Positions 18,027-30,948 of a stretch of 64,000 nt of DNA are shown piece by piece (positions within the stretch are counted from its first letter, which is position 1; the number at the start of each line of letters is the position of its first letter). The position numbers and the translations under genes were made by a program. The stretch comes from Paraspadella gotoi (taxonomy: Eukaryota > Animalia > Chaetognatha). A model generated the notes under the pieces. The model was not told the origin of the DNA. It did not search any database and worked only from the letters and a program-made list of their open reading frames with translations. Location of the stretch: assembly GCA_051294375.1 (NCBI GenBank), contig CM119267.1:18020992-18084991 (forward strand), read 5' to 3'.

Positions 18027-19463
18027 ATGTCTCTTTATCAAGTTTATAATGACTATTTTAAAAAATCTAGTACTATGACGAAATTCGTGTGCCCGTTGGT
18101 CTTGGAACTGTTTTCTCTCTCATTGATGGCATAAATTGTCCGCGCGTACTTGACGCCGGGGCCGGCACAGGGAGCTATGCTTTTCCCGTTGCTCAACGGG
18201 GCGCGCACGTCACGGCGTTGGAAATTAATGAAGGTTTGGTGATCACGTGAATACATTTCTCCACAGCTTTATCTCAACCTTGGCAAAAAATGACGAAACA
18301 GACGGCCACTGACGGTCCAAAGCTTCGAAATTCAGTCGGTGAGATGCTCCGCGAAACCTCCATTACCATTAACTGATTAAGGTATGCGAGAGCGAATGGA
18401 GGATAAGAAACGAAAGATGGGCGACATTAAAGGAAAAGTGGACCTCTTGACGCTTTCATTGCTAGATCTGCCTCTTCCGTTTCAAAACAACGAGTTCGAT
18501 TTTGTTATGTTTCACCTAGTAAGCATTAATAATTTAATTAGACTTATTATTTGTTTTATAATTATTCAAGTTACCCCGCGTTTGAATTCTGTAATTAGGT
18601 GGCTCATCATTTGGATTCGTCGCCTCCTTACCCTAATTTGGTCAAGGTTCTAAGCGAGTTCCATCGCGTTCTCAAACACGGTGGCCGTTTTTCCATGCTA
18701 ACTTGTACGAAGGAACAGACCGAAGCGATTTGGATGACACCTTTTCTGGTCAAACTTGGTTTCCCTGACTTTCACGCCCACTCATCCATGGCACCAGTCG
18801 AAACGGTACAATCAAAGTACTATTCATTTGCGTGGTCTATAAATGACGATATTATTGCTATTATTTTTTTAGTTTTTTTTTGTATAATTGCCGTGGAGTC
18901 ATTAAGGGCTTAAAATCTTTAGTGGTTGCTGGAGGATCGCCACCACAATACTCCTCTTGTTGCGTCCACACCTTAAATGTTAAAATCACTTTGGAAACCT
19001 TGTCACGTTTATCTCGCTGCAGATTCGTACCTGCAGGGACAACGATAAGATATTTTTTATAACGATGATACATTTTTTATAGGTGCGTCATCACTTGTCA
19101 GAACTCGGTTTCCTGGATTTACGGGAAGAAGTCAACACCGAGACGGGTAACTTTCGTTCGGACATTTACATAAACTTAATTACTTAATAAAATGTTCTCT
19201 ACCGCTAACTTCTTTTTCCAGTGTTTGGTGAACGTTACTTTGACTTTACCTTTTACTTTACGCCCGCTGGAAGATCCAGTTACAGCATGTTCAGCCGCAT
19301 GAGCGACGAACAGGTTCAAGCATTCGTAGATCTTGTTCGCCGAGAGATGTTCGATGGAGATTTTGTTGAAACTATTGCCGCCGCCGAGCGTAAAAGGAAG
19401 AACATCGGAATGACCACTTTCCTTCTGGCTAGAAAAGAACTAAAATTGGAATCTGGCCATTGA
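18027..19463 (+). pseudogene. SAM-dependent methyltransferase copy 2 (tandem paralog) with an apparent 1-nt frameshift near codon 15
   Basis: Homologous to copy 1 (YDEIRVPVGL...RVLDAGAGTGSYAFPVAQRGAHVTALEINEG, LPFQNNEFDFV, FHRVLKHGGRF). The ATG frame (18027) stops at ~18135, and the homologous frame is preceded by TAG at 18068-18070. Could also be a sequencing error. Confidence 0.65.
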
Positions 19464-19838
19464 TTGTCTCTTAGATTTTTTGGGGGGGTATCATTATTTC
19501 GGTTTAAAGTCATGTTTTAATTACTTTATAATACATAAAAACCGCAAAAAAATCTTATTTTATTAGTTTTTGAGAGTTAGCAAGTAAGGTTGACGAGTGA
19601 CGAGAGCCGACAAGGGTTTCAGTCTAGAGGAAGTTGCTCTTGCCGATGACCGACGAGCCATATTTTTTATATATTTTTAGCTTCAGCTCGAAGTTTGTGC
19701 AAATTTAATTAAGGAAGTTTATTGAATAGTATAACGATAAGAGCTACAGCTGCTATTCGACAATTTCCTTTTTGATCTTCATAGTTATTGAAGTTACATA
19801 ATGTTTTAATTGTCGTTTGAGATTTAACAAACAGCTCT

Positions 19839-20093
19839 TAGAGAAAGCAAAGAATTTTGAAATTTTAACAACGATTTTTAATTAAAAGTTGGACATGTTT
19901 CTCTCTCTTTCTCTCTCTCTCTCTCTCACACTCTTCTTTTACACAAAATGTATTGTTGAATGTCATATGCTGATGAAGGCTTGAAGTAAACAAGCCGAAA
20001 CATGTCCAACTTTTAATTAAAAATCGTTGTTAAAATTTCAAAATTCTTTGCTTTCTCTAATAACAATAAACAACGAAAAGAAAGGATTATCGC
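19839..20093 (+). mobile_element. Short Penelope-like (PLE) insertion: inverted repeat + (CT)n + hammerhead, 13-bp TSD
   Basis: Perfect 64-bp inverted repeat 19838-19901/19997-20060. Direct repeat AACAAACAGCTCT at 19826-19838 and 20094-20106. Hammerhead core inside. Confidence 0.75.
19968..20010 (+). ncRNA. Minimal type I hammerhead ribozyme (PLE-type)
   Basis: CUGAUGA-A-[GGCUUG aaguaaa CAAGCC]-GAAAC-AUGUC: intact catalytic core, 6-bp stem II, palindromic ACAUGU stem III region, GUC cleavage triplet ending at 20006. Confidence 0.8.
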
Positions 20094-20630
20094 AACAAAC
20101 AGCTCTAAAATATATACTTTCTCTTTCTTTGCAATCCTAAATTGGTGATAAAATGTAAATTAATGTTTTTTTATTCTTAAACTTTGCATAGTTTTATAAT
20201 TAGCTCATTTTTTACTATGATTCTCCACCTTTTAGTAATTATGAATTAAAGAAATCATTATTACCACCAATTGTCGATATATAGGTCAATTATTATCCGG
20301 AATGGTTGCTTTTTGTTATTGCACCGAATAACTATTTCCTTCTTTCGCTCTCAAGCCGGCGCTAAAATCGCCCTTTGAAACTGTCCTTCATTATCGCTCT
20401 AAGAGAGGAATAAAAAGTCAAAAAGACCTCTATGATCATGTGGTCATTTGCCTTTTTACTAATTATTTCATTTTCGTAGTTAACCATTTCAATCACATGG
20501 CCAATCCCCTTGCCAGAAAAAACTCAAATATGTAAGTTTTTGGGGAAATCTTGCGAAAAAGAAAAAAAATCAGTTCTCCTTGTGACCTCTTTCGATCTGA
20601 TTACGACTCACACTTCCAAGACTCCCGATA

Positions 20631-21480
20631 ATGGCTACGACGGAGAATGGGGCGACGACGATGTCGATGCGATTGTCCGATTTGAACGATGAAGAGCGTT
20701 GCGAAATATTGCGCCAGAGGAAAATTGCTCCGTCCGTCATCGGTGTAAGTAATTTGTTTCGCTCGCCTGAGAAAAGCAGAGCCCGCAATTCCTCACTTTA
20801 CAGAATATACTACATACATACATACTGCATATAACATAGTGAATAGTCAGGATATAGTAATGAGTAACATAATTAGTCAATGGTCAATATTGGTCATGCA
20901 TTTCGTTGGAATTGCTCGACAACAATTTAATTGCGCGATTAACGATATTATTCTTGCGACATATTCTCCGTCTCCACAGCGACACGTCACACCCGGTGGA
21001 TCAATAATTCACGTAGTTCCTAAAAGACCTCGTATAACGACCTCCTCTTCGCCGCCGTCTTCGGCTAAACAAGTTCCTTCGTTAGCGTCGAAAAATTCCG
21101 AATCACAAGCGGAAGACGATGACGTTATTTTCTTGGATGAGAGGCGACCGTCTCCAAAAAAATCCAAGTCTAACGAGACTACCTCATCCGAGCCGAATGC
21201 TGTGGAGGACGAGACGACCAATGCTTCTTCGTTTTTACCCGCCAAAGCGGACGGCGTCAAGACCGTCGACTGCGAGCGATGCGGAAAATGCATTCCTTAC
21301 TTTTTCGGTCGCGGAATCGATCATCACTTCGCCGCTTATCACGATGAACCGCCCGTTGGGCTGAAGGAGATTCCAAAAGATACTGGAGTATCTTATGAGA
21401 TTTGCATCCATTGCAAATTGTACTACGATCCTTTCTGCGTAAAATATCACGGGGACCAGTGCTCGAAAAAAGCTGGCTGA
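20631..21480 (+). CDS. Orphan two-exon protein with C-terminal Cys/His (zinc-finger-like) motifs
   Basis: Exon 20631-20745, phase-0 GTAAGT..CCACAG intron, exon 20979-21480 in frame. Motifs CERC-x13-HFAAYH and CIHC-x10-HGDQC; SIM-like DDDVIFLDE. Confidence 0.6.
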
Positions 21481-22327
21481 AGAATAGGGCAGGATTTTAT
21501 TGAGTCAGGGAGGGCGGAGGATATTTCCATTGTTAAATTCCATTGCATGCGTTTGGTTATTTTAATTTTGTCAGCTTTTTATCAACACAGTCATGGGAGG
21601 CGTAATAAGAATCGTCTCCACAGAGTACAACCTTGCATACGTATAGTATTAATAAAAGGTTGCTGTAAATGTTTGACTCGGGAGCATTGATCTTCTAGTC
21701 TTCCTTTTTACTTATTTAATCTGGACTGAATGTGTCTATCTGATTAACCCTGGTAATTGGGTGATGAATTGACCCATGATTTAATTCGGTATTTGAGAAA
21801 AAAAACATTCCAATAAGTCTTCATTACAAGACCTAGTGCCTTTTGCTAAGTTTTCTGCTAGCTCGGTGATTTGATAGCTAATATTGGAACTCTAATTATA
21901 AAATTCAACTACGTATATTTCTGAGAATGTGTCCATGTACGCCTCCTTACTGATCTATGTACCATATATAATATATATCAAGTTAGGTATATTTTTTTAG
22001 AATATCCGACCGAAAGCTCTTTCATTATTTTAGCCTCTGTTGTCCAAATTGTACTCTTATAATTACATATCGTTGACCGCTAGTGGTCAATGGAAAGTTA
22101 ATTGTATTTAGACTAGATAATTTTTGATCCATTTTTGTTTCTATTTTTTAAAAGCTACATTTTTTCTCAGACTTATTTTAGGTTTCTTTGCAAGAACAAA
22201 TGTTTATACACTGGCTTAACTTTAACAGTGCAATAACCTGAATGACCTGCAAACGTCGCAAATACCTAAACCGAACTAGGAAACCGAATTCAACTCTATT
22301 ATCTCGTCGACAGTGAGACGGGCGAAT

Positions 22328-25300
22328 ATGTCGGCGACCGACCCGGACGACATCGCCCACCTGGAGGTGAACGCACGGGCGTCGGCGCTTAAGCAGGTCT
22401 GCAACATGCTGCAGAGGCCCGATCAGCTCGAGAAGATTGACCAGTACAAGAGGCGGCTCAACCGTAAAAAGGCATCCGTTGACGCCATGCTCAAGACCGC
22501 GCTGCAGGTATTAATTCTGATTTTATTCTCAACTCGTTTTTATTTTTCGCCATTTCTACGTCAATTCTCACTCACTCGTTTAGTCACAATTGGACGGCGT
22601 GAAAGACGGATTATCCAACATGCAGTCGGCTGTGAAGGAATTAAATCAAGTCAGGGATAATCTCGAGGACGTGAAAACTTCTTACAAATCAGTTGAATCC
22701 CTTTACACTGTCTTGAAAGTGAGTTTGAGAATTATTTGCAATTCTATTTATTTTTTCGAATTAGGTTATGAAATTCGTAATTTTAAACATTAATAGTATT
22801 TAGCTTCCTGATTAATTTACATAAAAATTGACTATCACAGGACCTTCGCGACGAAAACCTCAAACACATTCAATACGCCGCTGCCAAGGATAATCTCAAG
22901 CATATCTTCACCGTTCCAGAAATTGTCGACAAATGCCGGACCTACATTATGGAAGGTGAGAGGCTAACACCTGTACCAAGTATAATTTTGTTCTTATCAA
23001 TTTACCCAAAAAATTCAGGCAAGCTGCTATCGGCACATAAGGCGTTGATGGAGCTAGAAAATTCTCGCGACGAATTGATGTTCGAACTGCATCGCCTGCC
23101 GCAGCAAAGCCCCACCGACAGGAACACCCTCAAGCACTACTTCAACGAGGTCGATAAACTCAGCGACGAGCTCGCAAAACAGGTACATAAACGAATATTT
23201 AGCGGAGGTATTCGGTTGATCACGGAGTTTTTTTTTAACCCTTTAAACCATTCACTTATTTGACCTTTTCCCGCTCTCGCGCCGGCCAGCTGTTCCTCGT
23301 CCTCCAGCGTTGCATCAACACGGTGCGAAAGGAGCCGACGGCGCTGGTCACCGTCCTTCGCATAGTGGAGCGCGAGGAGCGTCTCGACGCCCACTGGCGC
23401 GACAAGAACGAAAAGACAGGCTTCATGCCCCAGGGTCGCCTCAAACGCTGGCGGGAGAAGGCCTTTAAGACGATGGAACACTCCTGCATCACCAAGATCG
23501 AGTGCCACGTCATCGAGGACAGGCAGAGCAACAAGATGTGGCTCGTCAAGCAGCTCGAGATGACGAGAATTCTGTTGTTGGAGGATTTGAAGGTGCACGC
23601 GCTCTCTTGTTTCGTTTTCACAGAGCAATTCGAATAACAGGGAGGAATTGTTATACTTCAGGTGGCCAAAAACTTGCTGCCGAACTGCTTTCCGCCATCC
23701 TACGAGATTTTTGACAAGTACGTTGCTTGGTACCACAGCGCCTTGGCCGCGCACTTCCGGGGCCTCATCAAGGAAGGGCTGGAAGGGTCTGAGATCATTC
23801 CGATGCTGTCGTGGCTAAATATCTACAAGTCGCCTGAAATGCTCATGCATCCGGATTTAGAAGTAAGATGAGTTTTAGAATAATAATTATAATTATAATT
23901 ATTTTAATAAATTGAAATTTCTTTGTAGGCGGACATTTCCAAAGTTCCCGATTTGTTAGAGCAAAAAGAAGTTGAGGGGTTGATTCAACGATATCTCGAC
24001 ACCACTAGAGATAACATGACAGAATGGATGCGAAACTCGCTCACGTCCGACAAGGTTTATACTTTTGTTTTAATAAACTAAAGTCATCCATTGTTATCAT
24101 AGACAAGAAAATGTTTTTTCGCTTTTTCAGGTCGATTGGTTTAAGGAGAAAGAGCCTGAATCTGATGGAGACGGTTATTATCACACTTCGCTACCAGTCA
24201 TTGTTTTTCAAATGATAGAGGAGCACCTTCAGGCTAGTTGTCGGAATATTTTTTTTTTATCATGACTTCATAATTAAAATTATTAGGTCTTTAAATCGTT
24301 AGGTGGCGAACACGATTTCGGACGAGCTGACGGCGAGAGTATTTCAACTTTGCTTGGAACAGTTAAAAACGCTGTTGGATTATTACAGAGCCGCGATTCA
24401 AGTGAGTGGGATGGATAACTGACCCAAATCTTGACTCGTCCTGCTTGCAAAATCGACTTTCTTTTTTAGGCGTACAAAAACAAGCACTTCGAAGACCGGA
24501 AGCAATTTTGTCCCTTCACCCTTTTTACCATCGCCGCCATCAATAACTGCGGCTCCTTCCAGGAGAATCTGACTAAAGTCGCCAGCAAATACGGCAATCA
24601 GTGCAAGTCCGCCAGCATCAAGGATTTTAACTTGGACAAGCAGGTGAGAGAGACTCGAGAAAAAATCGTCGCGAACGCGAAAGACATGTTATTTAACTAA
24701 GTTGACCGTAGGTGGCGGCGATCTTTGAAAAGTTAAACCACACTGCCGACGAGACGATCAACTATTTGCTGGATGAAATGTTCCTCGACTTGGATGCTTG
24801 GTTCGCTCATCTCGTCACCAAAAATTGGACGGCCTCCAACGAGAGTCTGGACACCATATGCGTCACAATCGAGGACTACACGCAGGTGGGAGAGAAAGGG
24901 ACGGTAAGGGTTTGACGGGTTTAATTTGTCAGGTACAAATTCATTGTTAAAGCTTTTCTTGAGCACTGTACTGAACTTCTTCAGGATTACATCCACATGA
25001 AGCCCAAGTACTTTCAAAAACTGATAGAGGTAGCGTTGGACCGCGTGGTGGCTAATTACATTCGGAGGCTGTTATCGCGTTCCATCACTTTCACTAAGTA
25101 CGAGGAACGACTGGAGGTCGGCGAAAAGATTTGTAAAGACGCCGATCAAATTAAGGTTAGCCTTTGTAAAGGATTTCGTGTACGAAATCGCGTTTTAAAC
25201 GCTCATCTATCGACTAAAGGCTCTGTTTAATAAAATCGGCGGGGCTTCGTTCCTCCGACAAAAGCGCGGGTCGCCGACCGACGTCCTTCCGATTCTGGCC

Positions 25301-26134
25301 GAAGTTTTGAAGCTCAAGGATCCGACGATGATGAGCTTGGAGCTTGGGACTTTGGTCAACAAATACCCGGATATTCAGAAGGACCACTTGGTCGCCCTCT
25401 TGTACCTCAGAAGCGACTTGAAGGTAAAAAAGATAGAGGCGAAATTAGAGAGAAAGGGGAGGACCCGATCGCCAGCCAATGTCTGTCTTTTTCGCTGTTA
25501 AATAACCCGTCTCGTTGGGTTAATAACGCAATTCCCCTTATATTTAACTGTCTGTCAAGTAACGCGTTATGTAACCTTTTTTTCCTGCTTTTTTCGATCG
25601 AAACCCTCTTCCTTAATTTTTCCCAGTTCATGGATACTAGCAAGATAATCCATACTTGCATAAATATTTGATCTCGCCGAAGCGAGAATCATTCGTTCAG
25701 GTTTTATGTTTAAATTTTATAAGAATTTTGCCAAATTTTCATTAACCGTTTTTTTTTTTTTGTTTTTTTTAAAAATAAAAACTTGTCGGCGTTTCTTCTC
25801 ACACTAATCCATGCGATCGCCTTCCCTTTGCCGTGAGAGATGCGTTTTCTTTTCCATATCGTTGAAATTAGACTGTTCGTTGCGCCGCTATTTTGTCCGT
25901 GATGCGGCGTTATCGAAGTAGTATTTTCACAACGCCGCAGTATGTTGTTGCCCTAAGTTCTGAGAAATAAAGATTTTTTTAGATATATTTACCCTATTCC
26001 TTCATTTTTGTCAGGGTATGGCGCTGCAGCTGGTTAACGAAACACTGGGTGAAGATTTGGACGAGAAGCAGGCCGAAGTTAGGCGAAAACAGGGAGCCAA
26101 CGCTCGGACAGTCTTCAGCCTTGTCAAGTTGTGA
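22328..26134 (+). CDS. EXOC3: Exocyst complex component 3 (Sec6), ~14 exons
   Basis: [91 protein letters not shown]. Consistent splice phases to TGA at 26132-26134. Confidence 0.93.
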
Positions 26135-26679
26135 CACTTTTTTTTCGCCGAATTTAACTCTCATTCTCAAGTGGTGAATCTCTGAAGCCATCGCTGATAG
26201 AAAAAAACAAACTAATGGCATCATAAGCAACTGCACGCCCAATAATCTCTGTAAAACAATCGTGCATGCCGTACGGTTGATTATTCCCAGCTATTGTCTG
26301 CGCAAATAGCAAGTCCCCCAAGACTGTTATTCAAGTTTATTTATTGTCCGGACTGGAAACTTATACTAATTTTATTTTTTATTTTGTTGATAATAACTCG
26401 TCGCGTCAATATTGATTTTAATGGCTTTTTTATTTAATTTTTGCTACCCTGCTAGATTTTCAAACTTCCAACGAAAAAAAATTCAATTTTGGTTAAAGAT
26501 TAATAAAGATAAATAGATAAAAAGATAAAAAATAAAAATAAGGTAAATAAAGATAAAACTATCAATTCGACTGATACATCATGTCGACATAAAGTTGCGG
26601 ATTTTTCTTGGCTGAGATTACAACATAAGTACTCAAATTTAATTCGCTCGTTTATCAAGTCGAATTTTGACTTTTCAAA

Positions 26680-29600
26680 ATGATTCGGGCTGCGGGAATG
26701 ACGTTCAGCCGGCGCTGTATTCAAAATGCGGCGCGACGTAAGGGTCAAAAGGCGCGGGAATATTCCACGGGTGAGTTCTTGCCGGGAGGGATAATAAGTC
26801 GAAGCTTCGTTCTTATCGGTTATCCTCTTTATCCCCCTCTATTTACTGTAGCTCAAAAGGGCAGCGGTTCCATGGCTAAAGTAGCGGCGGCGGGAATCGC
26901 GGTGGTTGGCGTGGGTGGCGGGATCGCGTACGCCACGGGTTACATCTCTCCATCGATGCTGATGTAATTTTTCTAGAGTTTTCCTTTTCATTGTCATTAC
27001 TCTTTCAAATTTGTATGTAACCTAATTTTTTTTTAGGCCAGTAGACCAGAAGCTAAACGATGAAAACAATTCTTCCAACACTTCCCTCTCTGCAGCCCCG
27101 GCGCGTTTAACCGGTATGCAATTGGCAATGCTCAAGTTTATAATATAGTAAAACTTATTTTTCCCCCCCATTTTCCCCTTAGGTTCTGGCGTCGTTCCCA
27201 CGCCTCCGATCGACGACTCAGCGGAAACGTCTCTACTCAAGAGCAAGAAAAACAAAAAGGTGCGCGAGACCCACGTTTTATTTATTATTTTTTTCAACTC
27301 GAATTCGTTTCGTTTAATTTAAAAGTTGGACGTGAAGGAGGAAGAGTTGGGAGACTCCGCCGGAGAAGTGAGTCGGAAAGAGTGAGTCAAAATTAATAAA
27401 ACACGACGATATTCAAGCCCCCGTTTTTTGTTTTTTTTGTTCTACAATACACAGTCCGCCGTCCCAGACGATTTCACCGCCATCCCACCGCCTACCGACT
27501 ACGTTGCCACCTTCCCGGCCGCCGATGCTGAGGCGACGGAAACGTCCGAAACGACGGGGCCTGTCGTTCAACCTTCGGAGACTTACGAAGATACTGTGGC
27601 GGCGCCCTCTGAGGCTGTCGCTCAAACGCGTAAGTACAACTCCATATAAATTAGTTTTTCATCCATACTTAGGATTCGAAAGATGAGTTTAAAATATTTC
27701 ATTATGGTGTAGAATATCTCCTCGCTCCCGACGTTGTGGGTCGAATTAACCAGATGGATTCGGAGTCGTTGAGTGAGAACCAGGCCCTCACGTCTATTCT
27801 CAAAGAAGCTCTCGAAGAGTCCGCCAAGGTTGGTCGCATTGTTGCATTAATCCGTGCCTCTTTTAGACAAAACGAGTTTTATTGTTGCTCAGGCTGCCTC
27901 GGACGCTATGGACCGCCTTTCCGATGCCGCGGAGGGGGTGAAAGATTATACAGCATTGCTCAAGAGAGCTATGGACGATGGCAAGCCGGAAGACAAAAAG
28001 GTAAATATTTTTCTGTTTCGTTCCAGTTTGTTCAAAATACAATTCGAGGCATCTCATTTATAAAAGAACGCTTGGGATAAAGCGGTTCAATTGTCATCGG
28101 AAAAAGATCAAAAGCTGGTGGCCGCCAATGAAGCTTACGCCAATGCCAAAAACTCCATCATCATCGCCTTGCAAGCCGTCGACGGTGGCAGAGCTGGCGC
28201 CAAAACCAGGTTTGTTCTGAGTTGTTCGGAAATGAAAACTTATGTTATTAAAAATTAATATTAAAAAATCGCCAAGGGACAACCCTGAGATCATCCGCGT
28301 CGAAGAGAAGGTTTACCGGCTGCGTCGTGAATTGGACGATCGGCTGGTATCGCTGGAAAAGTCCCAGTCCGACGCCCGTATCATGAAGGCCTTCTCCGAT
28401 CTCGTGGAACAGGGCAAGCAGCAATTCAACGCCGAGCTTCAAGCTCTCATGCCTGATATCAAACTAAATGAGACTGGTCAGTTTTCAGTGTTAAAACTCA
28501 AGCAGAATAAACAAATTGTCATTTTGAGCTTTCTCGAATTCTTTTTCTTTCCTGTCTCTCTCTCAGGATCGAAGTTGTCGGAAGCGGAGTTGAACCTTCT
28601 CATCGCCTACGCTCACCGATGGATCATGCAACTGCAGCGACAGTTGGCGGAATACCAGTTCTTGGAGGAACAACGGCTGACCGAAGCCCTGTTGCGGCAA
28701 AAGTCCGAGGACAAAGCGTTAGCGGAGATGGAGTTGCGGGAGGCGTTGGCGGATCAATTGAGTCGGTTGGCCATCGAGGTTTGACAAATGGCAAAAGAAA
28801 AACAAAAATCATCTTTTGTTTCTCGTTTTATTTTGTTAAAAAAATTACAACTCATTCACAGAAAGAAAGAGCGATATCGGCGGCGCGCAGGCAGGCAGAG
28901 GAGGACCTCCTGTCTCAGCTGAAGCGTCAAGCGGCCGCCCATAGTCAGCACCTCAACGAAGTCCTCGCCGTTCAGGAGGAGGAATACGGGGAAAGGCTCA
29001 AGGCCGTCCTTGTCGAGGGAGTTGCGGCTGAAAGGACTAAGTTGGAAGGTAAACGCCAGAGAAAGTGAGTTTTTGAAATCACGATCAAGCCATGACTCTT
29101 GGTCTATGATTAACAATGTAGAAATGGTGAGTCAAGCCTTCGAACAGCTGAAGGGAATCGAATCTGCCATCGAATCCCGCGCGCACCTGGAAAACTCCGC
29201 GAGGGAACGCCAAGATTTGTGGGTAGCTGTCGCGGCGCTGAAGAACGCCGTCGTCGACGAGCACCGAGTCCCACTAGGTAAGAGGAGAAAGATATTTCCT
29301 TGGATATTTAATTTGTGTTAACTATTTAATTAAAAAGGATCAAATAAATTTTCAGCCGAACGCGTGATTGCCGTCGTGGCGGCGGCGGGAGGAGACTCCC
29401 TTGTGGAGACTCTTCTTGGCGCTATCCCCGACGAGGCGTTGGAGGAAGGAGTCTATTCTGATGCCCACCTAAAGTCGCGGTTTCAGAAAGTTAGGGAGAT
29501 TTGTAAAAAGGTGAAAGATTGGTCGAATGAGAGATTTAAATTTAAATTATCGCGCTTTTACTCGAAAGCAAAATTGATTAGGTTTCCATGGTGACGGAGA

Positions 29601-30086
29601 AAGGCGGTCTTTTCCAAACGGCCCTCTCGTACGTAAACTACAAAGTAACTAACGAGTCCGTTTTGGTGAAACCGGCGGAGGAGGTCGATCCCGAGTTGGA
29701 CCCCATGATGAAGATCGTTTGTCACGCTCAGTGGTGAGATACGTTTTTGACAATACGCAAATGATTGGAAATAAAATTACATTCGTAAAACCCTTTGACC
29801 GGTTGATCGTCAGGTACGTTGAACACGACGACCTCGAAAGCGCATTGCGATGCATGAATCAGTTGCGAGGAGAACCGAGGCGTTCGGCTTACGACTGGAT
29901 CGCGGATGCCAGGATCGCCCTTGAGACCAGACAGGTTAAGAGAGATGAGTTTTTATCTCATAAAAGCTTTGAATAGGATAGAGATCGACGATAATATTAT
30001 CCGTTTACTCTCAGGCCATCAACACTCTTTATTCGTGGGTCTCCGCGCTGAACGTCGGACAATTCCCGCCCGAAATGAAAAACTGA
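26680..30086 (+). CDS. IMMT: Mitofilin / MICOS subunit MIC60, multi-exon
   Basis: N-terminal Arg-rich presequence plus TM segment (VAAAGIAVVGVGGGIAYA), coiled coil, LNLLIAYAH, QLKRQAAAHSQHL, EGVYSDAHLKSRF, DLESALRCMNQLRGEPRRSAYDWIADARIALETRQA. Confidence 0.9.
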
Positions 30087-30948
30087 TCTCTTTTTGTGTC
30101 ACGTTTCCCCCTGCCGTCCTCCTCCTCCTCCTCCTCCTCTCCCTTCTTGCCCCCGTTAGCCAAATGCTACCGTAAAAACGTGATTCACCCCAACTCTCCC
30201 TCGCCGAGCATCCTCGACGAAGTCACGCGACGACAAGTCACAAGATTAATTTCGATTAAGAGCCGAAGACCGACGCCGACTTATGTACCAAATTCATACC
30301 CGGGCAGCTCCCCGCCATCATTAAAAAATACTGTTGTTTCGAAGATAGATAAATTCCGCTGCGGCACCAATGGGCTGGCGACATCAACCGTTTTTGTATT
30401 GGATAGAAATCGCGCGCGGAGTCAGCGTTTTCCCGTCGGGTATACACAGCTATCTTCGTCTAGGAAGTTAATCGTCAGCAAGTTTTTAACAGCATCATTC
30501 GGTTTTTGGTTCGAGCATCCTACGGTTTGCTCGGATCTTAGTGATAATAATAGACTTTTCTGTGCGGTTACATTTTTTTTTTTCGGGCTAATTTGTTTTA
30601 ATAAATAAGATATATGTTTCGAATGAGCCATAAAGAGCGCAAGTTTTTTTTGTTTACATAATAATTAATAATAATTAATAATTCGGATAATATACGTATT
30701 TGGCTTTCGTACAATATACTATTTAATATATTTTACTACTTTTTAATTCTCCGATGCTCGAATCTACTAGTACCTTAAAGATTTGTTATTAACGAGTTGT
30801 TTGGTTATTGCAGTCGTTCGCTGCGAAACTGGGATTTTGTGCCGAATTTACATCATTCATGCCTTCCGTTGAATAGATCTCATTCTCACTAAACGTTAAC
30901 TAATTTTTTTTCGTCAAAACGAAAAATAAAAACGAAAAAATTGCCGAA

